Shown here in pieces: positions 1-10,305 of a stretch of 64,000 nucleotides of DNA. The position numbers and the translations under genes were made by a program. Within the stretch, counting starts at the first letter, position 1, and each line of letters opens with the position of its first letter. The stretch is from positions 160,001-224,000 of IMG/VR virus record IMGVR_UViG_3300042013_000067; one strand, written 5' to 3'. Below the pieces are notes generated by a model that was not told the DNA's origin, did no database searches, and saw only the letters and a program-made list of their open reading frames with translations. The DNA is from a virus. Lineage: Duplodnaviria > Caudoviricetes.

Positions 1-1590
1 GTAGTCCTTAACCGCTACGCCTTGCTTCTGAATCGCAATGACCGCATTGAGGATATCTTTGCGCATCAAGTTGTTGACGTAGGACTTGGTCGCATGTTTA
101 AGCTTCGACGACAGCATAGACTTGTCGATGATGGTCGACTTGTCTGGAAACTGTTTGTTCGGCGGGAGCTGCGTGTCCTCAGGTTTGATCTGCATCGCAT
201 CTTCGATGGTGCCGCCACTGCCGTATGGATCTGGCAGTGTCTTAAAGCTCATGGCGTCTTCGATAGAGCGATTCATCTTCGCTTGGGTGATAATCCCTGT
301 CTCGGACATCTCAAACGCCTTGAGGGCGATTGGAGCCACGTTAGGGTCACCTAACAACTGATCGGCGAAGGTCATGGGTGTTTCGTCGACTTCGTCATCG
401 GTGATATCAGCCATGGTCTGGCCGATAGGGTCATCGAGATCGTCATCGTCGGTAGGTAGGCTGTCCAGCACTTGAGCGGTCGCTACCGGAGCTACCGGCA
501 CCTCGAACGTATCGACATCAAGGTCAGAGAACAAGTCAAGGGAGCCAGCGGTATCCGGTGCTTTGGCTTCATCCACCAGTTCACTGGCTTCATCGTCATC
601 GCCCGATACATCTGCCTTGCCGGTGTCGTCAGTGACGGTCTTCTCTTTGATCGTGGTCTTGGCTGTGGGAGCCTTAGCTTCAGGCTCTTCCAGATTCAAG
701 AACAGACCTTCGGCGTCTTCGTTGAGTTCAGTGCCGTCGATAACAAACTGATGCAGGCCTTGCAGCAAACGCACAAACCGCAGTTGCATGTCCTTCGGTG
801 CCAGACCACTGTCGTTCTTGACCGACTCATCCTTACGCCAGCTATCCAGCACGCCGAGGTTCAGGGTGAAGAAGTGAGTGCGCATACGGAACAACAAGTT
901 GATCGATGCGTACGACTCCTTAGGGAGGCGATTCATCTTCGACAGTGCCCGGTCTTCACCCAGCCACAGGTACAGGTCATGTGCATTCAGGTGCGAAGCT
1001 GTAGGAAACAGTTCTAAGCTAGTTTGGTTAATACCGTTAGTGAGGTTATCCCACTTCGACCGCACCGGTATGGTCGCTGGCAACTCGAACTCGATGTACT
1101 GATTCCAGCGGAACCGTTCGTGTGCTTCGGCTACCTTGGCCCAGAAGGTCTGGGTGGTGTTGGTCCAACGGTAGAACGTCGCCTTATACGAGGCGATGTA
1201 CTTGTAGAGTGGATTGAGCATGTTGTAGTTCATCACCAACATGCTCTTATCGTTGATCAGCAGTGCCTCATCTTTACGCAGCGGACGAAACACCCGGTTA
1301 GCCCGTTTGAAGTCCGACTCCAGCGTGTTAGGGTTAACCACACTGCGACGAGGATTACCGAGGTTGCCTTCGAGTAGTTTAACGTGCTCGATAAACAGAC
1401 GACCGCCTTCAGTGTTGAAGATACGGTCCTGAGGCGATGGGCCAACGATAGCGCCGTTATCTCGGTTGTACTGGTAGATCGAACTGAGGGGCAAGATAAG
1501 CTTGCCCATCGGGGCCATACGGGGCTTGAGCAGCTGTGTATGCTGCCGCAGTCCGTAGAGCAAATAAAACTTCGGCTGTTTATAACGCAT
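1..1590 (-). CDS. Virion RNA polymerase beta subunit, N-terminal 530 aa (phiKZ gp178-like); continues past the window start
   Basis: Not in the ORF track. Manual translation from ATG at 1590 (MRYKQPKFYLLYGLRQHTQLLKP...) found no stop down to base 1, with an acidic low-complexity linker. It overlaps the stop of the beta' gene, matching phiKZ gp178-gp180-gp181-gp182 synteny. The subunit identity rests on synteny. Confidence 0.8.
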   Translation of the reverse strand, partial: MRYKQPKFYLLYGLRQHTQLLKPRMAPMGKLILPLSSIYQYNRDNGAIVGPSPQDRIFNTEGGRLFIEHVKLLEGNLGNPRRSVVNPNTLESDFKRANRVFRPLRKDEALLINDKSMLVMNYNMLNPLYKYIASYKATFYRWTNTTQTFWAKVAEAHERFRWNQYIEFELPATIPVRSKWDNLTNGINQTSLELFPTASHLNAHDLYLWLGEDRALSKMNRLPKESYASINLLFRMRTHFFTLNLGVLDSWRKDESVKNDSGLAPKDMQLRFVRLLQGLHQFVIDGTELNEDAEGLFLNLEEPEAKAPTAKTTIKEKTVTDDTGKADVSGDDDEASELVDEAKAPDTAGSLDLFSDLDVDTFEVPVAPVATAQVLDSLPTDDDDLDDPIGQTMADITDDEVDETPMTFADQLLGDPNVAPIALKAFEMSETGIITQAKMNRSIEDAMSFKTLPDPYGSGGTIEDAMQIKPEDTQLPPNKQFPDKSTIIDKSMLSSKLKHATKSYVNNLMRKDILNAVIAIQKQGVAVKDY

Positions 1591-3250
1591 GGGCCACCCG
1601 TGGCTTTGGTTTACCAGTGATGTACAGCAGGGTCAAGTTAACGGTGTGAATGTCAATACCAAAAGACATACCGCCACCGGCTTGGATATACGCACGTCGC
1701 TTGGTGAAGTACTTCTTCGCCTCAGCAATGGCTTCATCCGAGTAGGTAGCGTTATAGCTCATGGTGTCACCGTCGAAGTCGGCACCTTTAGCCGTCAATC
1801 GTGCTGGTGGAATACTGATCGAGTCGTGGTACTGTGGCATCCGGTCAGCCGGTAAGCGTGGGAACTCTTTAGCGACGACACTTTCATCTCGTTGCCATTG
1901 GTCATTGAGCCCATAACGCAGCTCACCAGGCACGGTAGTCTTCACGTATTGCATCACTGGCGAGGAGCTGTTGAAGTTCTCTACCGGGTAACGCGTAACG
2001 AAAGCTGCCGTGTTTTCCCACATATCCAGTCCGACTAGGTAGATCATCTCGACATAAGAGATCGGACGCACAAACTTGCGGTTGAAACCGTCAGGTAGGT
2101 CCTGGATATCACGGAACACTTTAAACGTGCCTTTGTCATCCACGTAGATCAAGGCTACATAGAAGCCTTCGATCTCCACCGGACGATGCCGCTTATCGAT
2201 CACCGAGAGTTCATCGACCACGCCTTCCAAACCCTCTTCCGTGGACCAGCGGTCCATGGTTTCGTTGGTGACGTTGACCCATTCCAACGCTAAGGTTTTC
2301 TTGTTGATCAACTGGACTGCGTTAGATGCCGTCGCAAAGATCGGTTCGAGGAGGTTGGTGCGCAAATGGTAGATGGTCTTCGGTAGCGAGGCCGAGGCTG
2401 CTTGATACAGACCGATGACCGAGTCGTTGAACTTCGGACGGTTCGGTGCATCGAGATCGACCGCGGTGACGTCCAGTGAAGAGATCACGTTACGTGTACC
2501 GTTGAAGACTTTACGCGATGCCCATTTCGCTTGGATCATCCCGCCTTTACCCTTGATCAGGGTTTCGAGGTGTTCATAAATGGCTACGACCGTTTGCTGG
2601 GTAGCGAAACGGGTGCGGTCATAAATCGACAAGTCATCACCACGACTGATCCGTTCAGGGAAGTTACGCCCTTGGATCAAACAGCGTTGGTACAGGTCAT
2701 TGATCTCAGACACTGTCACACGACCTACCGCGTCTACCTCCACGTCACGCAAACCCGCTGGCAATACCAACAGGTGGCTGTACATCGCGTTGTTGCGGTA
2801 ACGCTCGATTAGGTCGATCTGTACGTTACGGGTGGTGGAGTCGCCCTTCTCAAAGCGAAGATCCTGCCAGTGCGACATGAAGAAGGTAAAGCCTGTCCGG
2901 CCGTCGATTTCGTTAGCGCGTTCGAACGTGCCTTTGGCTTGACTGAAGATGGCGTATTCACGGCCCGCCATGACGTCAACGAAAAAGCTGCGCATTTTCG
3001 ACAGCACGCGAAAGATGATGGGGTGTAACACGGGTAGGCGCAAGTCGATATGACCAAAGGTCTTGTCACGCATCGGGTCACCGACACGACCAAAGATCGA
3101 GGTGGAGAACAAACCCTCCTCATCGAAACTACCGCCTGGACCATCCATGATCCCCAGACTCTTGACCTGCGGAACTAGCTTGAGCTGTTCGGCTGTGGGG
3201 ATCAAAAGACTGATGTTCAAGGGTAGCATTTTCTTTTTCACACGGAACAC
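1580..3250 (-). CDS. Virion RNA polymerase beta' subunit fragment carrying the catalytic site (phiKZ gp180-like)
   Basis: GADFDGD catalytic motif, FDEEGLFSTSIFG, LLVLPAGLRD, RKVFNGTRNVIS. The true start may be GTG ~3241 or ATG 3229. Confidence 0.93.
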   Translation of the reverse strand: MFRVKKKMLPLNISLLIPTAEQLKLVPQVKSLGIMDGPGGSFDEEGLFSTSIFGRVGDPMRDKTFGHIDLRLPVLHPIIFRVLSKMRSFFVDVMAGREYAIFSQAKGTFERANEIDGRTGFTFFMSHWQDLRFEKGDSTTRNVQIDLIERYRNNAMYSHLLVLPAGLRDVEVDAVGRVTVSEINDLYQRCLIQGRNFPERISRGDDLSIYDRTRFATQQTVVAIYEHLETLIKGKGGMIQAKWASRKVFNGTRNVISSLDVTAVDLDAPNRPKFNDSVIGLYQAASASLPKTIYHLRTNLLEPIFATASNAVQLINKKTLALEWVNVTNETMDRWSTEEGLEGVVDELSVIDKRHRPVEIEGFYVALIYVDDKGTFKVFRDIQDLPDGFNRKFVRPISYVEMIYLVGLDMWENTAAFVTRYPVENFNSSSPVMQYVKTTVPGELRYGLNDQWQRDESVVAKEFPRLPADRMPQYHDSISIPPARLTAKGADFDGDTMSYNATYSDEAIAEAKKYFTKRRAYIQAGGGMSFGIDIHTVNLTLLYITGKPKPRVAHAL

Positions 3251-3301
3251 CCCTCGGGCAAGACAACAATATGATTGATTTCACTGTACCGGAGACCTTA
3301 A

Positions 3302-6300
3302 ATGGCCGGCAAAAAGAAACTAGGTAACAAGGCTGGCTCGGGTCCAATGCTCTTAGGTGGGCTGGACCTTGATGACGTCGATAGTTTGCTCGACGACGGT
3401 GGTTCCTCGCAGTCCGGTAAACGAACCCCTACAGAGTCTATCCGTAAACTAGCGACCACCGCCTCAAGATCGATGCGTGATCGGGTTAACACCAAGACCG
3501 TTCTCGCTTCCTTTATTCGTACAGCACTGCCTGACGGCTATACACGTTTGCTCGGTCTCTATGACGAAACCAAACAAGGTATCGAATCGGTAGTCGACGG
3601 TGTTGAGGAAACTGAATTCGCTAGCTTAGAGAAACTGGCTGAGCGATTCGAGAATCAACTGCCTAAACTCAAAGGCAAGGTGTCGGATGCGGTTTATGAA
3701 CGCATCAAAGCCAAGATTGAAGACCGCAAGGAAGACTACAAACTACGTCGTCAAATCGACCAAGCACAAACAGCACGTACTCGTGGTGATTACGACGAGA
3801 AAAGTGAGAACCTTTCTGTCGATCAGATGTTCGACGAACTGCAGATGGCTGAGGATCAAAACGAGCTCAGCAAGGCTGCATCCGATGTCGAACACAATAA
3901 ATTAGATTACGATGTCAAGCGTGATGGCATCCGGGCGCGTTTGGACAAAACCCGCTTTGATGTGATGAACCGTCATCTCGGCATGATTGCCGATTCGACT
4001 CAGCGTAGCTCTGCTTACAACGACAGCGTAACCTACCAGTTCCAGAAGAAGTCTTTGGAACTGCAAATGCGTAGCTACTTGGCCATGCGGTCGATGGTTA
4101 AGCTGTCGAGTGAATCGCTGTTGTTGCAAAAGCAGGCTTATACCGCCCTCGTGCATAACACCGGTTTGCCGGAGTTCATGAAGGCTACTGAGGCTGAACG
4201 CACCAAGTGGTTTTTCGCAGAACAAGCGCGTAATCCATTCAGGCAGTTAGTCACTAGAACAGCGAGTGACGCGGTCAGCAACTTCTTACCTGGTCTGTTT
4301 AATAACGTTGGCAAGAAAGCCGCGGGTCTAGTACGCGGTGCGAGTCAGGTCGGTGAGGGTGGTATGGGCATGTTGCTCGCCCGACTGCTACGGGACCCTG
4401 CCGAGAACGGCGGTGCGATGCTGGGTGACGGGTTGGCTTCTCTGCTTCACTCAACTTTTATACCCATGGCTGCACGTAAAGCACGCCCGACTATCAAACG
4501 GGTGTCTGATAAGCTGACAGGTGGCGGCGACAGTCGTATCGCCTATGCCCTCGACAACATGGCCTCAATCTCACAGAACTTCGCAAACGACGCCAGTAAG
4601 TCTACCGGTGTGATGGGTAGACTGCAGGGTCTGGTGAAACTGTTTGCCCCGCAGTTCAGGCAAGATGACCTGATCAAAGACGGCACTTATCAAACCATTA
4701 ACCAGTCTGCCTCGTTCAACCAGATGACGCAGCGTTCTATCGTGGAGATCATTCCGGGTTATCTGTCCCGTATCCTCCAGGAAACCCGCATGATCCGTAC
4801 GGGTGACGACACCATCGGTCGTGAAGTTTACGACATCACCCGTGGACAATTCACTCAAGATAAGAAAGCCCAAGATAACTTGGGTAAACGAATCGTGGGT
4901 GTGGGTGCTCGACGCAGTATCACATGGTCGCTCAACAACACGGTTGAGGAGTTCGGTGCCGGTGATGGACAACTCTCGCCTGAAGCCAAACATGCCTTGG
5001 AAGAACGCTTACTGCGTGACGCCATGGAGGGTAAACACTTCGACCCTGTGGCCTACGTTAAAGCCAGTGGTTATGCACCGGGTACTGATCCTGCGGTACT
5101 GAATGAGCTTGAGAAGTTCTTTAAAAGACAGTTCAAGTTCGGCGAAGACGGTAAGCTGGGTAAGTCGGCTGCGAACTACGCCAAACGTCAGGAGTACTCA
5201 ACCCGCTTCAACGAACTACGTGACACAGTCCGTAGTCCGATCGCTGAGATCGAGCGTCTGTTGTCGTCGGGTAACCATACTGCGTTACGTGACTTGGGTA
5301 TCATCAAAACGGTTGAAGGTGAAGACCGGATCGATTACGGTGTACTGCGAGACATGTACCGTGACTTGGGTGACCCTAACGCTTCGGGTCCACTACCCAC
5401 CCCACCTAGCCCAACCAGTCCGTTGCTGACTAAGCTGCGTCAGCGGTTGCGCGAGGCTAGGGAAAGCGGTCGTAGCGGTATGCGTGCGGCTGGTGAAGGT
5501 GGTCGCACGCGTCTGCGTGAGGCTGGGGATAGGGTACGGGAAGGTGGTCGCCGCGGTATGCGTGGTGCTAGACGCATGCGTGATGCCGGACAGAATCTGG
5601 TTGATTCGGTTGATCTGCCGGACAGCGCTGTGGTACGGGCCGCGGTGAGTGCACAGGCTGATGCAGCCCGTGCCCATGTTGCTGCGGCTAAGGACCGTGT
5701 CCAAGACCTGATGATAGCCGGTCGTGACGGTGTAGTTATTAAAGCCGATGAAATCCTCAATGGTGGGTTGATCGATGCGACTACGCAGAAGGTCATCACT
5801 AAAGTAGAAGACATCAAAGGTGAAGTCATTGACCTCACCGGTCGAGTGCGGTTGACTCGGGCTGATGTAACTCAAGGTCTGGTGATGGCTAACGGCGTCC
5901 GACTGGATCTGCTCAAACACCTACCGACTAAGATCCCACCGAATGTACTCGCGATGCTGAATCAGCAACGCCTGTCGATCGGTAATCTCATCCGTAAAGA
6001 AGATGGGGTCGTGTCGCGGGTTAAAGACCTGTATCTGGAAGGGGCTAACGATCCGGTCATTAAGGCCGCTGGCATTCGTGCTGGTGAATACATCGACATG
6101 GCCAGTCAGAAGGTCATCGAGACGATCGATGACATCAGCGGTGCGGTCGCTCGGGTAGATCGTCCGGATGAGATCTTGTTCACGGCGCAGGAAGCAGCTA
6201 CTAAACTGATCGACAACACCGGCAAACGGTTCAAGTCGTCTAAGTTGCTACGCGGGTTGGCGGCAGCTACCGGTCATGGGTTTGGCGTCGCCGCAGGTCG

Positions 6301-9300
6301 GTTCAAGATCGGTATGGCGCTAATCCGTAAAGGTGGGATGCTCGTCAGTAAGCTGCTGAAAGAGGGCTTGGACGCTTACCTGCCGGGTAATTTGCAGCCG
6401 ATTCTACAGACGATCAAACTCAAACGTGGCGAGTATTACCACAGTGATGGTTCGGTTATCCAATCCTTCGACGACTTACGTGACGGTGTATACGCCGCCG
6501 ACGGGAATCTACTGGTTGACCCGGAAGACATCCCGCACCTGATCAACCGTGACGGCACCCAACACACAACCGCTAAACGCCGTGGCTTTATTCGTAAGCT
6601 GGGTAAGAAGCTGTTGATTGGCGCTCCTACTGCTATGCTCAAGGGCATTGGTAAGGTTTGGTGGAAAGGCACCAAAGCCTACTATAAAGGCATGGGTAAC
6701 ATGTTTGCCAAGAAGTTTGGCAGCACTGTGAAGAAGGCCGATGACTACAACAAAGCCGGGATGACTCCAACCGACGGTATCTTGGGTCAAATCTTGGGGG
6801 TGATCGATCGTCGTATGCCTAAGGAAGAGGCAAAGGACGGTAGCTGGCAGCAGAAGATGCAGGAGGCGGAAGCCAACGCGAAAGCCAAGCGGGAAGGCAA
6901 ACGCGGTAAGCCCCAAGATAAGTCGATGGCTGGTGGTGGTCTACTGGCAGGTCTGTCTAAACTGTTCGGGAAGAAAGGCGAGGAGGACGAGGAGTCCGGT
7001 GGTGACACCAACATCGATTTTGGTGGGGGTGAAGGAGGAGAGGATAAGAAGGGTAAGCGGGTTCGTAAGAAACCACGTGGTCGACTAGGTCGCGGTTGGG
7101 ACCGATTAGCTAAGACCAAGGTTGGACGTGGTGTAGGCCGCATGGGTGGTTCTGCGTTGATGCGTGCAGGTGCCGGTATGGGCGCACGGGTCGGTGGTTC
7201 TGCACTACTCAGCGGTGCTGCGTCCATGTTTGGTGGTTCTGCGTTGAGTGGTCTGGCCACAGGTGCCGCTTCGGTGGCAGGCAGTGGTCTTGCGATGGCG
7301 GGTACTGCGGCAGCCGCTGCGGGTACCGCGATTCTGAGTGTGTTGGCTTCGCCTGTCGTGCTCGGGGCTTTGGCCGTGGGCGGTGTAGCTGCAGGTGGTT
7401 ACTGGTTGTGGAACCGGTCAGGCAAAGTAAGCGGTGATTTCCGTGAGCTGCGTTTGATGCAGTACGGTATCGACTCCACTGGTGACAAACTCAAGATCCT
7501 CGAACTCGAAGCTTATCTGGAACAGTTCTCTGTAAAGGGCACTGAACCTAAACTCAACATCAACGGTACCGATCCGAGGAAAGTCTTCGAGATCCTCGAC
7601 ATCGACCCTAGTGACGCCGATGAAGTTATTCGGATGGCCACGTGGATCGACAAGCGCTTTAAGCCAGTGTTCTTTGCTTGGTTGAAGGCGATGCATCAGC
7701 TCACCCCTCACGGGACGCTGATCAACGAGCTCGACGACAAACTGCCAGATGCGGCGAAGTATGATTTCTTTACTATCGTCAAAACTGTACCGGTTGAAGT
7801 GTACCAGCAACTGGTGCACCCACTGGACTCCGATCCAATCGAAGTAACCCCAGCGGAAATCAATGCCAAAGTCACTGAGCTGATCGACGAATGGCGTGAT
7901 AAGGCTCCAGCTAAAGACGAACGCAAGACCGGTGATACCACTGGCGCGGTTCCTATCAAGACTCGTGGTGGCGAAGAGACTAAGGCGGCTGATGGTTCTA
8001 AACCTGAGGACAAGTCTGGTTTCTACAACGCACTGAAGACAGGTGCCATGGCACTCGTCCCAGGGCTGGCAGCTGGCTCTGCTATTGGTGGTTTGATTGC
8101 CAAGGCGAAAGAGGGTTGGGCTGGCGGTATCCTCAGTACACTGGGCAATGCCGCTAAGTTGGTGGCTACACCTGCGTTGCTGGGTGGTCTGGTGCTGAAG
8201 AGCGCTGTGTCGATGGCGGGTGTGTTTAAGGCTGGCAAGCTGACGACGCTTCAAGCGGTGCGTGTGCGAGCCTATGGCCGCATGCAGCTCGATGAGCGGA
8301 CGATCGCAGGTCTCTTTGATTCAGAAGCCAAAGTCTACGAACAAGTACGGTTCAGTTCCGACGGTCAAGCGTACTACAATGGTAACTTGGATACACTCAT
8401 TGCACAAATGGGTGAGATCTTTGCCGTAGACGTCACCGATCCGAGCAGCCGTAAGGCTCAAGAGTTCACCGCGTGGATTCTGCAACGGTTCATTCCAACT
8501 GCTCTGGCTTACTTTGCTGCGGTTAAGCAACAAGGCCAGTCGATTACTCCAAGTCGTGTAGAAACGGCGCTGAAGGACGACGTCAAGTTGTCTGTAGCGA
8601 ACGCCATCATGACAGCTACCTACGAACTGAATGGAGAGAACGTTTCGATTTGGAAGGCTAACACCTTCTTTAATAACGGAACGGCTGATCTGGGGGCACT
8701 GAAGGCTACGGCTGAACGTGAGATCCTAGTCCTCAAGGCAGCGGCCGATAAAGCTAAACTGTCTTCTCCGGGTACTTCGGTTAAGGAGCAGGAGAATCAA
8801 GAGAAATCCAAAGCCCGTACCACTGCTGAAAAGATTATGGACGGGGCATCGAAACTAGGTGCTTCCCTGAAAGAGTCGTTCTCGAACTTCGCTAGCGGAG
8901 TGAAGGATACGGTCGGTGGGGCTGTCACTAAGGTTAAGGACTTCTTTGGCTTTGGTGGGGGTGACTCTAAGAGCAGCACGGCAGCGCCTGCCAACACGGC
9001 ATACAGTGCGGCATATACTCCAGGTGGTACGCTGGAGCAGAAGGGTAGTACTTACTCGGCGTTTGCGGAAGGGAATGGTGGGGCTTGGAACAGCATCCCA
9101 CTGCCGAAGGCGAACAAGAGTCGTGATGCAGCGATGGAAACACTGCGTGCCATTCAGGCAATGACTGGGGTGGACGCAGAACTGCTGGCGACGTTCGCAT
9201 CGATGGAATCGAATTTCGACTACACCGTCAAAGCTCGCACTTCCTCGGCAACGGGTTGGTTCCAGTTCATCAACTCGACATGGGACGGCATGCTCAAGGC

Positions 9301-10252
9301 TCACGCTGCGAAGTATGGTATCCCACCGGACAATGGCGATCGTTATCTGCGTAAGGACCCTCGGATCAACGGCCTTATGGGTGCGGAGTTCCTTAAAGGT
9401 AACTACCAGATTCTGGCTAAAGCTTTGGGTCGTGCTCCAACAGACACTGATCTGTACTTTGCTCACTTCTTGGGCCCTGTTACAGCAGCTGGTTTCTTGA
9501 TGCGCGACCGTAACGCTATCGCAGCAAGCTTCTACCCAGCCCAAGCGGCAGCCAACCGTTCGATCTTCTACAAAACCACAGGGCAACCTCGTACGATCGG
9601 TGAGGTCTACGAGATCTTTGATGGTAAGGTTCGGTCACACCGTAAAGGCGGTGGTGGCAGTGATGTCGGTAAGTCTCCAATAGGTCAACCTACTGCTCAG
9701 GCGCAAGCCGATGAGAAGGCACAGGCCAGCGCGGTAACTGCTGACATGAAACCACCAGCGGACGCGATCAATGGTGAGGTGGGTACTCCAACCCCTCAAG
9801 GTAACCCCAATGATTCGCTGACGATGACGGCCGACAAAACAGCCGCTCCAATGCGGATGGGTGATCCATCGCAATCGACCAGCACTCCAGCAGCACCGGG
9901 TGGTGGTAGTTCAACGGTCGTAGGTTCCGGTCAGAATACCCCTGAACGGCAGGCTGCTTTGAATGATGCGATGCAGAAAGCCGCAGCGAGTGACAAGGCT
10001 GCTACAGAACAGAACCAACAGAAGCAGGCTCTGGCCTCTTCGTCGGTTAACTATCTGGAACAGCAGTTGAATACTCAGATTGAGATGCGGGATTTGCTGA
10101 AGACCATCGCAGTTCGACTCGGTACGCCAGTCGCTGCTGCGCCTGCCCCACAGGCGGCTCCAGCTCAAACCGGTAATGATATGGGTAAACAACAACCGTC
10201 AACTGAGCGACGTGCAGGCAACGCTCCAACGCCACTCTCGTTCAAGCGATAG
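3302..10252 (+). CDS. Giant tail-associated lytic transglycosylase / tape-measure-like protein (phiKZ gp181-like)
   Basis: 2316 aa; C-terminal SLT motifs (FASMESNF, SATGWFQFINSTW, YFAHFLGP), an Ala/Gly-rich hydrophobic segment and internal repeats; divergent from the RNAP genes as in phiKZ. Confidence 0.9.
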   Translation: MAGKKKLGNKAGSGPMLLGGLDLDDVDSLLDDGGSSQSGKRTPTESIRKLATTASRSMRDRVNTKTVLASFIRTALPDGYTRLLGLYDETKQGIESVVDGVEETEFASLEKLAERFENQLPKLKGKVSDAVYERIKAKIEDRKEDYKLRRQIDQAQTARTRGDYDEKSENLSVDQMFDELQMAEDQNELSKAASDVEHNKLDYDVKRDGIRARLDKTRFDVMNRHLGMIADSTQRSSAYNDSVTYQFQKKSLELQMRSYLAMRSMVKLSSESLLLQKQAYTALVHNTGLPEFMKATEAERTKWFFAEQARNPFRQLVTRTASDAVSNFLPGLFNNVGKKAAGLVRGASQVGEGGMGMLLARLLRDPAENGGAMLGDGLASLLHSTFIPMAARKARPTIKRVSDKLTGGGDSRIAYALDNMASISQNFANDASKSTGVMGRLQGLVKLFAPQFRQDDLIKDGTYQTINQSASFNQMTQRSIVEIIPGYLSRILQETRMIRTGDDTIGREVYDITRGQFTQDKKAQDNLGKRIVGVGARRSITWSLNNTVEEFGAGDGQLSPEAKHALEERLLRDAMEGKHFDPVAYVKASGYAPGTDPAVLNELEKFFKRQFKFGEDGKLGKSAANYAKRQEYSTRFNELRDTVRSPIAEIERLLSSGNHTALRDLGIIKTVEGEDRIDYGVLRDMYRDLGDPNASGPLPTPPSPTSPLLTKLRQRLREARESGRSGMRAAGEGGRTRLREAGDRVREGGRRGMRGARRMRDAGQNLVDSVDLPDSAVVRAAVSAQADAARAHVAAAKDRVQDLMIAGRDGVVIKADEILNGGLIDATTQKVITKVEDIKGEVIDLTGRVRLTRADVTQGLVMANGVRLDLLKHLPTKIPPNVLAMLNQQRLSIGNLIRKEDGVVSRVKDLYLEGANDPVIKAAGIRAGEYIDMASQKVIETIDDISGAVARVDRPDEILFTAQEAATKLIDNTGKRFKSSKLLRGLAAATGHGFGVAAGRFKIGMALIRKGGMLVSKLLKEGLDAYLPGNLQPILQTIKLKRGEYYHSDGSVIQSFDDLRDGVYAADGNLLVDPEDIPHLINRDGTQHTTAKRRGFIRKLGKKLLIGAPTAMLKGIGKVWWKGTKAYYKGMGNMFAKKFGSTVKKADDYNKAGMTPTDGILGQILGVIDRRMPKEEAKDGSWQQKMQEAEANAKAKREGKRGKPQDKSMAGGGLLAGLSKLFGKKGEEDEESGGDTNIDFGGGEGGEDKKGKRVRKKPRGRLGRGWDRLAKTKVGRGVGRMGGSALMRAGAGMGARVGGSALLSGAASMFGGSALSGLATGAASVAGSGLAMAGTAAAAAGTAILSVLASPVVLGALAVGGVAAGGYWLWNRSGKVSGDFRELRLMQYGIDSTGDKLKILELEAYLEQFSVKGTEPKLNINGTDPRKVFEILDIDPSDADEVIRMATWIDKRFKPVFFAWLKAMHQLTPHGTLINELDDKLPDAAKYDFFTIVKTVPVEVYQQLVHPLDSDPIEVTPAEINAKVTELIDEWRDKAPAKDERKTGDTTGAVPIKTRGGEETKAADGSKPEDKSGFYNALKTGAMALVPGLAAGSAIGGLIAKAKEGWAGGILSTLGNAAKLVATPALLGGLVLKSAVSMAGVFKAGKLTTLQAVRVRAYGRMQLDERTIAGLFDSEAKVYEQVRFSSDGQAYYNGNLDTLIAQMGEIFAVDVTDPSSRKAQEFTAWILQRFIPTALAYFAAVKQQGQSITPSRVETALKDDVKLSVANAIMTATYELNGENVSIWKANTFFNNGTADLGALKATAEREILVLKAAADKAKLSSPGTSVKEQENQEKSKARTTAEKIMDGASKLGASLKESFSNFASGVKDTVGGAVTKVKDFFGFGGGDSKSSTAAPANTAYSAAYTPGGTLEQKGSTYSAFAEGNGGAWNSIPLPKANKSRDAAMETLRAIQAMTGVDAELLATFASMESNFDYTVKARTSSATGWFQFINSTWDGMLKAHAAKYGIPPDNGDRYLRKDPRINGLMGAEFLKGNYQILAKALGRAPTDTDLYFAHFLGPVTAAGFLMRDRNAIAASFYPAQAAANRSIFYKTTGQPRTIGEVYEIFDGKVRSHRKGGGGSDVGKSPIGQPTAQAQADEKAQASAVTADMKPPADAINGEVGTPTPQGNPNDSLTMTADKTAAPMRMGDPSQSTSTPAAPGGGSSTVVGSGQNTPERQAALNDAMQKAAASDKAATEQNQQKQALASSSVNYLEQQLNTQIEMRDLLKTIAVRLGTPVAAAPAPQAAPAQTGNDMGKQQPSTERRAGNAPTPLSFKR

Positions 10253-10255
10253 TAT

Positions 10256-10289
10256 AAAGCCCTCCTCCAGTCGGAGGAGGGTTCTTTTT
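10256..10289 (+). terminator. Intrinsic terminator
   Basis: GCCCTCCTCC-AGTC-GGAGGAGGGT followed by TCTTTTT. Confidence 0.8.
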
Positions 10290-10305
10290 CGTCCAGAGGT
10301 TTACT

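Noticed and set aside
22-1620. Plus-strand ORFs 22..354, 472..1017, 1024..1377 and 1384..1620
   Set aside because: Antisense shadows of the uninterrupted minus-strand RNAP beta ORF
1580-3250. Intron or intein in the RNAP genes
   Set aside because: Reading frames are continuous, with no intein (C...HN) or homing-endonuclease motifs
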